Sequence record: PZ379545.1
Strand: one strand, 5' to 3'
DNA length: 52,467 nucleotides
Source: a phage
Made by a program: the position numbers and the translations under genes. The notes under the pieces were generated by a model. It was given only the letters and a program-made list of their open reading frames with translations. It was not told the DNA's origin and made no database searches. The stretch's first letter is position 1, and the number at the start of each line of letters is the position of its first letter. This document shows, in pieces, positions 8,610 through 16,964 of this stretch.

Positions 8610-8969
8610 ATGAAACTTAAGTACATCATTATTTATACTTTAGCATTAATTGTTTTGGCGTTCTTCAGCTTTGAGTCTAAAGCGTCAACAAAGAACTTCA
8701 AATGTGGAGCATATGCTCTTGTAATTGATAATATTGGAGATAGCCAACCTCTGATTGCGTCAATAATTCCTGAAGCTGGTGTTTGGATAGAGGTTCCAAG
8801 TGATGAACCCAATCCTGCAACAGTTTTGTTTTACAACATTAAAGATAGCAGGTTTGCTGCACTGTTTATAAATCATGAAGATAAACTTGTACTTCAGATT
8901 TTCCGTGACGGAGACTTCCTCAAAGCAAACTACCCTATCTTATCCACCAGCTGTACGGAGAAGAAATGA
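8610..8969 (+). CDS. Hypothetical secreted or membrane-anchored protein with N-terminal signal-like segment
   Basis: N-terminus MKLKYIIIYTLALIVLAFFSFESKAS is hydrophobic; GGAGG RBS. Confidence 0.6.
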   Translation: MKLKYIIIYTLALIVLAFFSFESKASTKNFKCGAYALVIDNIGDSQPLIASIIPEAGVWIEVPSDEPNPATVLFYNIKDSRFAALFINHEDKLVLQIFRDGDFLKANYPILSTSCTEKK

Positions 8970-9199
8970 CTTCAACCGAATTTACCATTGATGGGGTTCA
9001 ATACCTGCTGGAATCTGATTGCGAATATCGCCAGTGGGCAGTAATTCACGACCGAGTTGTAAAATACTTGGAACGTGTGGGGAAGGAAACTTCTAAATCT
9101 ATGTTGTTTGAGGCAACAGTTCTTGGGACAACCTCAATCAATAAAGAACTAGTATCCTTCAAATTAACCATTCACCCTAGTGGGAATAATTTTCAATGA
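8966..9199 (+). CDS. Hypothetical protein
   Basis: 77-aa ORF with ATGA coupling. Confidence 0.5.
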   Translation: MTSTEFTIDGVQYLLESDCEYRQWAVIHDRVVKYLERVGKETSKSMLFEATVLGTTSINKELVSFKLTIHPSGNNFQ

Positions 9200-9471
9200 T
9201 TTCAATAGACCAAGTTCCAGTTGAACTAGGTAAGGCAAAAGGTAAGCTAGATAATGCCAAATCCGACTTATCTGCCTTTGATTTAAATGCTCCAGTCGAT
9301 AAAGTTAAAGTTTTCATCGACTGTATTGACGGATGGGTGCTTGTTGAGCACGCAGTCCTTCGAGCATTACTTGTTGATGAAGTTACCAAGGCTCAGGCAT
9401 CATTTGATGAACTTGATAACCTCAACACACTGTTAAACAACACGTTAAACGATGCGTTAAAGGGTAAATAA
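9196..9471 (+). CDS. Hypothetical protein
   Basis: 91-aa ORF with ATGA coupling on both sides. Confidence 0.5.
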   Translation: MISIDQVPVELGKAKGKLDNAKSDLSAFDLNAPVDKVKVFIDCIDGWVLVEHAVLRALLVDEVTKAQASFDELDNLNTLLNNTLNDALKGK

Positions 9472-9884
9472 TGAATGTTAAGCTCGGTCAACGTTCTTTA
9501 GACCGACTTAAGGGAGTAAATCCTTCATTAGTTGCAGTATTCAAACGGGCATGTGAAACCATGCCTTTTGATGTAACTGTTTTAGAAGGTTTGCGCTCTT
9601 ATGAACGTCAACAAGAACTGTTAAAACAAGGTGCAACCAAAGTTTCAGTAAGCCGACACATGTCTGGTAACGCTTTGGACATTGCACCATATCCAATTGA
9701 CTGGAATGACCTCGAACGATTCAAAGTTTTAGCTCATCACATGTTCAAAGCTGCAAAAGAGCTTGGAATTACCATTCGTTGGGGTGGGAACTGGAGCCGT
9801 ATTGATGAAAATCAGCCGTATCCACCACTTGCACCAGGTAAGAAGAAGCTGATTGATATGCCGCACTTCGAACTTCCAGCATAA
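9471..9884 (+). CDS. Peptidase M15 (VanY-like) peptidoglycan peptidase, T5-endolysin-like
   Basis: 137 aa with SxHxxGxAxD ([10 protein letters not shown]) and a downstream His (MPHFELP); size and motif pattern resemble the T5 L-alanyl-D-glutamate peptidase endolysin as recalled. Confidence 0.7.
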   Translation: MNVKLGQRSLDRLKGVNPSLVAVFKRACETMPFDVTVLEGLRSYERQQELLKQGATKVSVSRHMSGNALDIAPYPIDWNDLERFKVLAHHMFKAAKELGITIRWGGNWSRIDENQPYPPLAPGKKKLIDMPHFELPA

Positions 9885-9904
9885 CTTCATCAATGGAGAA
9901 TCCG

Positions 9905-10171
9905 ATGAATTATCAAGACATACCAGCAGAGATTCAGCATCACTATGCCCGTATAGATAAGGCAAAGAAAGAATTGCATCAAATGTCTGCGCTGAATCTA
10001 AGCGATGAAGTTCGATTAAATGCTTATATGGAGGTTGGAGAAACTTCCATGAAAATTAGCTTCAATGAGAAAGAAGCTATTATGCGGACGCTTATTAAAA
10101 ATAGCGAGGAAAGATTAGTAAAACTTCGTAAAATACATAGTGCATTAACTGACACAATGGAGAGCATATGA
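9905..10171 (+). CDS. Hypothetical protein
   Basis: ATG at 9905 with GGAG 6 nt upstream; an alternative ATG lies at 9893. Confidence 0.5.
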   Translation: MNYQDIPAEIQHHYARIDKAKKELHQMSALNLSDEVRLNAYMEVGETSMKISFNEKEAIMRTLIKNSEERLVKLRKIHSALTDTMESI

Positions 10172-10710
10172 GCACCATTATCCAAGCAATAGAAAATCTT
10201 AAGTCCTGGCGTAGAGATGAAACCTTATTGGTTCGTTTCTACACAGGCGAAACTAATTCTGAATTTGTAGATGCGTGGATTGATGGCCTGTCTTGGCGTC
10301 ACTATGATTTCGACATGCGGGATTATTTGCATGAAGAATACGGCATCGAATACCCAAAAGATGGGACTTATGACATACTTGAATCAAGTGAAGCAGATGT
10401 AACAGAAGTTTGCTTTGCCAATGGCCTGTTCAGCATTCGCAAGTATGATAAGTTCAATGAGCTGCTTGTTGACACCGATTTGGATGTAATTCTTGCAGCA
10501 TTCCGCAGTGGTGATATTGATATTTTCACTGTGAATGATTTGAACGACATGTTCATTACTCGTTGCGATTCAATTGCAGACTACTTCAAGCAAAGTGAAG
10601 CACTGGATATTCCAGACCGCCTTGCACCATATATTGATTGGGAAGCAATTGTGAAAGACTTCGGCAGCGACTATATCTTCTCTGAAGGAGTATTATTCCT
10701 AAATGTCTGA
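10168..10710 (+). CDS. Hypothetical acidic protein
   Basis: 180-aa ORF with ATGA coupling. Confidence 0.6.
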   Translation: MSTIIQAIENLKSWRRDETLLVRFYTGETNSEFVDAWIDGLSWRHYDFDMRDYLHEEYGIEYPKDGTYDILESSEADVTEVCFANGLFSIRKYDKFNELLVDTDLDVILAAFRSGDIDIFTVNDLNDMFITRCDSIADYFKQSEALDIPDRLAPYIDWEAIVKDFGSDYIFSEGVLFLNV

Positions 10711-10939
10711 TTTAAATATCAACTCAATCAAGCCAGAAGATATTCTCTTCCACCAGCCTCGTGGTCACTACTATCGAATTCTGTTTGCTACAAAGATTAA
10801 AACCCACTGCGGCAATTGGGTAGATGGGTTTGCTTACCAGGAAGTTAAGAAGTATGGAAATCATACTTTCTTGGGAATTAATTCGGTAATTTACACAAGA
10901 CCAAAGGAACTGTTTGATTCAGATTGGAAAGCAGTATAG
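10703..10939 (+). CDS. Hypothetical protein
   Basis: 78-aa ORF overlapping the upstream gene end. Confidence 0.5.
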   Translation: MSDLNINSIKPEDILFHQPRGHYYRILFATKIKTHCGNWVDGFAYQEVKKYGNHTFLGINSVIYTRPKELFDSDWKAV

Positions 10940-11009
10940 TTCCAGGCTGTTCCGTCGAAGTGCCAAGCGGGTTTTGTACTCGCATTGGCCTTCGGCTTAA
11001 TTCTGAAAC

Positions 11010-11026
11010 ATTAGTAGAATTTGATT
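11010..11026 (+). promoter_or_regulatory. Degenerate copy of the promoter-like motif (ATTAGTAGAATTTGATTC)
   Basis: Shares the CTGAAACATTAG prefix; core diverged. Confidence 0.25.
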
Positions 11027-11150
11027 CTGACCTCTTAGGGAAGAAAGGCATTATACACTTATCGCCAAATGGGTGTCAAGCACTTTCTTCATTTATTTAA
11101 TTTTATTCTTATTATTCTTTTTGTTTGGAATATTGGAATAATTCTGAAAC

Positions 11151-11170
11151 ATTAGTTGGAATTGAAGAGA
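11151..11170 (+). promoter_or_regulatory. Candidate phage-type promoter motif (ATTAGTTGGAATTGAAGAGA)
   Basis: Motif match preceded by the CTGAAAC prefix. Confidence 0.4.
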
Positions 11171-11817
11171 CAACATCATTGAAGTTCCTTCCATATCGTC
11201 TGGGTAGAAGCCCTGTGCACAAGGGTGGAGTGAAAGGTTCGAGTCCTTCCGATTGCGCGAGGGAACTTCAAGATGGAATGTTTCCATCATATACATTTAT
11301 CTTTTTAACATAGGCCAAAGGGCCGGAATACTTCTTCGCAGAAAAGCTATTCACTTGTTATAGGCGATGTATTGGGATGAATTGGAACTAAATAAGCAAG
11401 CTGTTAGGGCTGAATAATTAGAGGGTTGTGCCTCATGCTTATGTTAGTCATTCGAAAATAGGTTTGTGCCACAAGCTGCTGGTGCTCCGAGGAAGTCGGA
11501 CAAACAGGGCTTAGAGTGGCATAATCCGCACAAAACCGCACCACCAGCTATGCCAAAGCAGGTGGATTGGGTGAATGTATTGGGAAGGGTTGCAAAGCCT
11601 CTGTGAGCACGGTATCGCGTATAATAAGTGACGTCTGCGCTGCGTGTATCGCACCCTAACGGGAGTAACCCTTCGCCAATGCAGTTATCCAGAATTGACA
11701 CAAACGGTAGGCAGTGGCCCGATTTTCGGCCTTCCTGCGCTACTCTGTGGCCTGTTTCATGGGCCAAAAGATGAGAAGAGAAGTCACAAACACTGAATCG
11801 AAAATTGGAGAGTTCCT

Positions 11818-12135
11818 ATGATTCGCAAACATTCTGCCAAAGTTTTAACATTGAGAAATGTTAAAAGGGCTTTTAGTGACGATGTTGAGGAAACATTGCA
11901 CTTCGTACTTATTGGTGGTGTCTGGTGTTACAATGGAACATCGGATTTAAACTACTTAAGTAAGGCCAGTAAAGATGGGTTTTGGGAATATGATATTAAA
12001 TATATTCTCGAAGACAGTCCGAAATTTGATTACGACAGTATTATCGGAAGTTTCTACCACGGCCCAAACAAGTCCATGCAAATTGCGACGCGTGAGTGGA
12101 CGTCAAATCAACGAGTTTACGGAGAGCAGTATTAA
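11818..12135 (+). CDS. Hypothetical protein
   Basis: 105-aa ORF; ATG preceded by TTGGAGAG. Confidence 0.6.
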   Translation: MIRKHSAKVLTLRNVKRAFSDDVEETLHFVLIGGVWCYNGTSDLNYLSKASKDGFWEYDIKYILEDSPKFDYDSIIGSFYHGPNKSMQIATREWTSNQRVYGEQY

Positions 12136-12440
12136 TGGCTCGCAAAACATTGAAGCAAAAACTTCGCAAACAACTTCGCCAAGCCAAGGTGCAGTTGAAC
12201 GAAGAGCATAACCAAGCAGGGCATGTAATCAATTATGAATTACAGGCCATGCAAGCAGTTGCCTTAGCCCACGGCTTAATGGCAGCATTGATTTCTGCCA
12301 AGAATGTTTTGGGTGATGACCCACGTCTTAAAGAAATTGAAGAGCAGTGCCAAGCTCGTATTGCTCAGTGTTATTTGGCATTAGTTGAAATGGGATTCTC
12401 CCATGAAGATGCCAACGCTCGAATTATTAAAGGCCACTAA
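12135..12440 (+). CDS. Hypothetical basic helical protein
   Basis: ATG at 12135 in a TAATG overlap; 101 aa. Confidence 0.5.
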   Translation: MARKTLKQKLRKQLRQAKVQLNEEHNQAGHVINYELQAMQAVALAHGLMAALISAKNVLGDDPRLKEIEEQCQARIAQCYLALVEMGFSHEDANARIIKGH

Positions 12441-13112
12441 ATGTCACACTATGATGACTCTAACATTGCGTTAGAAACCTGCAAGCAGTGGCTCACTGAT
12501 AACGATGCAGTCTATCTAGCCAAGGAAGACGTCATCATTATGTGGGTGCACTTTAATCCAGAATCGAAACGAGGCGAGTGGCAGCGGTACAAGATGAAAG
12601 AGGCTTGCCGCATTATTAAAGCTACTCGCGCAGGGTTTGATGCAATGAAGTATATCAAACCCGAAATGCTTATGCTTGCTGCACAAGAAGAAGAACGTGC
12701 TTACAAGCAGGCTGTTAAATCTCGCTCAACTGTTCCTCCAGAATTCTTTAATCTGGAGCGCGCTGGACACTTCAACAATTTAGAAATGTTGACATTGTGC
12801 ATGTTGCAAGAATTAGTTGGAAGAGGAATGAACATTGAAGCTGTTTGCCTTGGGGAACTCATGAAAGAGTTGTTCTTGACAAAGGGCTTTGCTGTGCCTA
12901 ATCGCACACTTCGTTGGAAACTGCTTCGTGCTGTTGAAGAGGAAGCTGGTGTGATTATACGTGACCGAACCAACCGCATGACCGTAACAGGTGTGGGACG
13001 TTTTGTTGCGATTCAAATCGAGGGCATTGATGACTCGATAACAACTGAACTCACTGTCGCTGAGACAAAGGATTTAGTGATTAAATCAATCGAACGATTC
13101 AATATGTATTGA
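12441..13112 (+). CDS. Hypothetical protein
   Basis: 223-aa ORF starting right after the upstream stop. Confidence 0.65.
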   Translation: MSHYDDSNIALETCKQWLTDNDAVYLAKEDVIIMWVHFNPESKRGEWQRYKMKEACRIIKATRAGFDAMKYIKPEMLMLAAQEEERAYKQAVKSRSTVPPEFFNLERAGHFNNLEMLTLCMLQELVGRGMNIEAVCLGELMKELFLTKGFAVPNRTLRWKLLRAVEEEAGVIIRDRTNRMTVTGVGRFVAIQIEGIDDSITTELTVAETKDLVIKSIERFNMY

Positions 13113-13143
13113 GTTGTTTGTTAAATCAGAGCAGTTCTGAAGC

Positions 13144-13164
13144 ATTAGTTGAATGTGAAAAGAG
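13144..13164 (+). promoter_or_regulatory. Candidate phage-type promoter motif (ATTAGTTGAATGTGAAAAGAG)
   Basis: Motif match about 70 nt upstream of the strongly codon-biased gene at 13236. Confidence 0.45.
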
Positions 13165-13235
13165 AAAGGCTCTTTAATTTTATCTAAGTCACGTCACCGT
13201 GGCGTGCAAAACTATTTAACATAAGGTATATACAA

Positions 13236-13574
13236 ATGGCTAAGATTGTAACCGTAACTCAGTATGAAGCTAACGATGGTTCCCTGTTCCTGAGCGAAGC
13301 TGAATGTAACGCACACGATTTCAAACTGGAAAACGGTGCTAAAATCGACGCAGCTGTTGAAGCGTTCGCTAACACCATGAAACTGGCTGACCGTTCTCGC
13401 TCCATGCAGAGCAACACCGTTGCATCCTTCCTGGCATTCTACCTGCCGTGGGTTGAAGCTGGTTGCCCGGAAGTTGAACGTACTGTGTTCGACACTCCGA
13501 AAGAAGTTAAAGTTGCCGAAGCAGAAGTAGTTGAAGCTGTTGAAGCTGCTGTTGAAGAAGCTCCGGTATTCTAA
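13236..13574 (+). CDS. Hypothetical abundant small protein with acidic Glu/Ala/Val-rich C-terminus
   Basis: 112-aa ORF with markedly different codon choice from neighbours (CTG, CGT, CCG, GAA, AAA preferred); TAAGGT RBS. Confidence 0.7.
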   Translation: MAKIVTVTQYEANDGSLFLSEAECNAHDFKLENGAKIDAAVEAFANTMKLADRSRSMQSNTVASFLAFYLPWVEAGCPEVERTVFDTPKEVKVAEAEVVEAVEAAVEEAPVF

Positions 13575-14468
13575 GTTGCTGATGGCAAACTTGAGAGACT
13601 AAGCTAAATCGATCTGGCACGCACTGGAAGATTTCCGGTACTGCCTTGAACCCATTCCAGAGTGAGTGGGCTTCAATGAGCATTCTTGTGATTAGAGTTG
13701 GGAGGTAGGCCGATGCCCAAGCTCGTGGCCCAGACAAGAGTGTTCATTGAAGTAGTTTTCTGAGTCTTACGACGGGCCTAAGCTGCCTGAAGTTATTGCG
13801 ACTGTTTTATTCATTTAAAATAAATGCAAACGATTCTGAAATGCGAGTTGCAGCTTAATTAAATTTAAGTTCTCTCCGTGGTCTTCCAATCCCATGTAAC
13901 CAAATTTGGCGCATTGTGGCTTCGAGATGTGATTAATAAATCGGAGCAATAATTAATTTGTATTCTGCGATGCAAAGCAGGCTTAAGTCCTCCAGTGCGC
14001 GTGGGGATGTGACAGAGTACAAACTTAATTATGCAGTTGGATATTTCTAGAGGACGGACGAGCACACTGGAATGTCTTCAATTGGTTTAGTGTGAGAAGC
14101 TATGCTAATTTGAAACGTAACTCCTTGAGGAAGTGCTCCTCTGGATTTCCCTCCTCACAGGAATCTCAAACCTGTGGCAGCGACTTCGAAGCTGCACTGC
14201 GTAACCTTATTCGCTTTAAGTGAATTGCCCTGAGCATGGAAATAAACTGCTCAAACCAATGATGCCCATAACGATGGGATAAGTTAGGTTGCCTGTTGGT
14301 ACTTGGGTTCAACACCTGCTTGCACTCGCAAAGTAGTGCCTCGTACCTGAGATGAAGTGAGTCGGGACCATCAATCCCACGTTATGTCAAAACACAGTAG
14401 GCGACTCACAGATTCTACAAGCCTCGCAGTTCGGGAAAACCTGCGTTACCAAAACCCACACCCTATTC

Positions 14469-14564
14469 GGACGAGTAGCTCAGAAGGTCTGCTCCAGAGC
14501 TTAGTCAGGTAGAGCAATCTGTTAGACAGATGTGTCGTTGGTTCGAATCCAACCTTGTCCACCA
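14469..14564 (+). tRNA. tRNA-like element with encoded CCA; anticodon arm unresolved, possible pseudo-tRNA
   Basis: 7-bp acceptor stem (GGACGAG / CTTGTCC, one G-U), perfect T-arm (GTTGG-TTCGAAT-CCAAC), discriminator A and CCA. D-arm halves TAGCTCAG and GGTAGAGC are split by about 24 nt; best anticodon hairpin has a 5-nt loop. Confidence 0.4.
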
Positions 14565-14594
14565 GCTTTAATAACCCGCAACACTGGAGTCCTC

Positions 14595-14735
14595 ATGGAT
14601 TTTGATGCACTTGATAATTTAGACTTCGGTGCTGCCGAAGAAGCAATTGAAGAACTGAAGAAGAAGCAGGACGAAGAAGCAATCGTTCCTGGTGCTGGCG
14701 ACAACGACTGCTCAAGTGGTGCGTGCGCCATCTAA
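14595..14735 (+). CDS. Hypothetical small acidic protein
   Basis: 46-aa ORF, ATG 5 nt after GGAG. Confidence 0.4.
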   Translation: MDFDALDNLDFGAAEEAIEELKKKQDEEAIVPGAGDNDCSSGACAI

Positions 14736-14743
14736 GGTGATTC

Positions 14744-14980
14744 ATGCAACAGCTTAAATCAATCTTTCTTGGCGTCTTGACTGCATTGGGTATTCTCCTT
14801 GCAGTGTTCCTCAAAGGCAAAAGCTCAGGCAAAGCCGAGGAGCGTCAGGAAGCCAAAGAGAAGCAATTCGATTCCATTAAAGAATCTATCGAGATTAAAA
14901 CGCATGTTCAGAAAGAAGTGTCTAGCAGTTCTGATAGCAATGTCGATAGTGAGTTGCTCTCAAAGTGGGTTCGTAAGTGA
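14744..14980 (+). CDS. Putative i-spanin-like membrane protein
   Basis: 78 aa with N-terminal hydrophobic helix (IFLGVLTALGILLAVFL) then charged region; contains a nested lipoprotein ORF in another frame. Confidence 0.45.
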   Translation: MQQLKSIFLGVLTALGILLAVFLKGKSSGKAEERQEAKEKQFDSIKESIEIKTHVQKEVSSSSDSNVDSELLSKWVRK

Positions 14981-15113
14981 TTATTGCATGATTGCACAAC
15001 CAATCTATTTGGATGTTGCAGAAGTGAAAGTTTTGTCACGCGAAACCAAAACACAGATTTTAGTCCACAATGAAACGTGGGCACAAAAGTGTTCGAAACT
15101 TACCCGACAGTGA
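14904..15113 (+). CDS. Putative o-spanin-like lipoprotein, nested and overlapping the previous gene
   Basis: 69-aa ORF with lipobox-like LAVLIAMSIVSC; starts inside 14744-14980 in the +1 frame. Confidence 0.4.
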   Translation: MFRKKCLAVLIAMSIVSCSQSGFVSDYCMIAQPIYLDVAEVKVLSRETKTQILVHNETWAQKCSKLTRQ

Positions 15114-15496
15114 GTGAACATGGCCTAGCTAGTTGGTGGTGTAAAAGACTGACCAAGGTGACGACAGCCAAAGTATGGTCGAGTGGGATGCGCGACTTTA
15201 AATAACGTGAACCCAACCTTTCGAGGAAGTCGGTGAAAGCCCGCACGTTGCTCTGGGCATAACAATTGAAATTGCTGCCTCGCATTGAACGCGAGAAAGT
15301 TCAGGTGGTCACTTCCTAGAACAGTGTCCGAGAACACCCTCGCCAAAGTGCTTGAGAACGTTAGCTCTGTCTTGCCAGCATTAATGGCACGTTGGCCGCG
15401 TAAAGGCCACAGCGTCTGACCAACGTATCGGTTAAATCCGGTTCTAATTCAGGCTCCGGTGTATAAACAAAAGCCTACCAAATTCAATGGGATTTT

Positions 15497-15564
15497 CGTA
15501 TGTACGGGCTTGACCGTGGTGAAACGACCTGACTGGTTCGATTCCAGTGAATCCCCCGAACAAT
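15497..15564 (+). other. tRNA-like acceptor plus T-arm element without recognisable anticodon arm
   Basis: GGGATTT / GAATCCC acceptor pairing and perfect T-arm ACTGG-TTCGATT-CCAGT; the 36 nt between cannot be folded into D and anticodon arms by eye. Confidence 0.3.
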
Positions 15565-15983
15565 GGGTTCGTAGAGTTAAATTAAACCTGCACAATTGAG
15601 CGGGACAATAGTCCGAGGCCGACCGTGTAATTGTGAACGTGGAGTTCACCGAATCCACCACTTTCCTAACAGTTATGCCTCTGTTCAAAAGGCTCAAGAG
15701 AGCGTCTGGCATACCGTAGCGATACGGCTTAGTTGCGCTGATTGTGATGTGTCGAAAAGAAGTTCAGGCTTCTGATTGGAATCCTCCTTGTCCGATGTTA
15801 GCTGTATTCAAAATGCAGACTATGTTCCTATTCACATGAAATATGCAAGCCAAGGTTCTTAATGTTCAAACATGATGCGAGCATTAAGCGGGTTTTATTA
15901 CTTTTCCCCGAAAGTCCCTCATAAACAAGCGTGATTCACTTGGGCGGTTCGAATCAAACCTACTCAATTATCTGGAGAATCTT

Positions 15984-16253
15984 ATGGAAGCATATGTTAT
16001 TCCAATCAAAGACAATACCGAATTCGTTGTTGATGAAGTTGCTAAAGCAATCTTTAAAGACTTCATTGCATCAAACCTGAAGCCAGAAGACTTAGGTGCA
16101 GAACTTGGAGAAATCAAAACAGTTATGCGCGGGTTTGCTCGCTTGTCTTACGAAGCTGCGGAAGCACTTCAAGAAGTTAAATTGCATCGTGAATACGAAG
16201 CACAATCAGTTTTAAATGCGTCGCTAAAAGAAATACACGCGTCGTTAAAATAA
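15984..16253 (+). CDS. Hypothetical protein, first gene of the replication module
   Basis: 89-aa ORF; ATG after CTGGAGAAT RBS. Confidence 0.6.
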   Translation: MEAYVIPIKDNTEFVVDEVAKAIFKDFIASNLKPEDLGAELGEIKTVMRGFARLSYEAAEALQEVKLHREYEAQSVLNASLKEIHASLK

Positions 16254-16309
16254 GACCATTATAATGGTGCGGAGCTAATTAATCTCCCACCATATGAACC
16301 GGAGAGCAA

Positions 16310-16960
16310 ATGATTACTGCAACACTTGTTGACCACATGGGAAACGACCTGACAACTGTTAATGCTGCACGAGTTTCCTATGGTGCACAATCACTGTCTT
16401 TAACTATGCGCGACGAGAAGCTAATTGAGTTTCTTGCAAAGCATAAGCATATTACACCGTTCCGTCATGCACAGGTAACACTGCGCTGCAAAGCTCCAAT
16501 CTTCATTGCACGTCAGCTCGGCAAACATCAAACCGGCTTTAGTTGGAATGAGGTTAGCCGTCGATACAAAGATGGTGAGGCAATTGAAGTTGAATGCTTT
16601 GTTCCAGATAAAATCTTTGCACGACCTGATAAGCTGATGACTCAAACTGCTCAAGCTGTTGAGCCAGAAGTTGCCGATAATATTGCAACATATATTAAGA
16701 ACTTCAATGCTCGTGCAGTGCGTGAATATGAGGCATTAATTGGATTTGGTGTTGCACCAGAGCAAGCCCGAATGGTTCTTCCACAATCCATGATGACTGA
16801 ATGGGTTTGGACCGGCTCCCTCTACGGCTGGGCATCCATGTATAATCAACGTTCCTCCGAACATGCGCAATATGAAGTTCGCTTGTTTGCGGAAGAAGTG
16901 AATAAAATTATGTCAGAGTTGTTCCCAATTTGCTGGAAGGCTTTGACCAATCAGGAATAA
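16310..16960 (+). CDS. ThyX-family (flavin-dependent thymidylate synthase-like) protein with non-canonical active-site residues
   Basis: 216 aa; MGNDLTTVNAARVSY and KAPIFIARQ...SWNEVSRRY resemble ThyX, but the signature RHR position reads KHQ (QLGKHQ). Confidence 0.7.
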   Translation: MITATLVDHMGNDLTTVNAARVSYGAQSLSLTMRDEKLIEFLAKHKHITPFRHAQVTLRCKAPIFIARQLGKHQTGFSWNEVSRRYKDGEAIEVECFVPDKIFARPDKLMTQTAQAVEPEVADNIATYIKNFNARAVREYEALIGFGVAPEQARMVLPQSMMTEWVWTGSLYGWASMYNQRSSEHAQYEVRLFAEEVNKIMSELFPICWKALTNQE

Positions 16961-16964
16961 CTAA

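Noticed and set aside
11200-11270. GGTTCGAGTCC T-loop-like sequence inside overlapping short ORFs
   Set aside because: Only a 4-bp T-stem and no acceptor-stem partner upstream; too weak to call a tRNA.
11444-11767. 107-aa minus-strand ORF beginning MAHETGH, which contains an HExxH-like metalloprotease motif
   Set aside because: It is the only sizeable minus-strand ORF in a non-overlapped position, starts with TTG, has no RBS, and the motif sits at the extreme N-terminus; a five-residue motif is easily a chance match.
15930-15983. T-loop-like GGTTCGAATC sequence suggesting a third tRNA
   Set aside because: No complementary T-stem or acceptor stem could be drawn around it.
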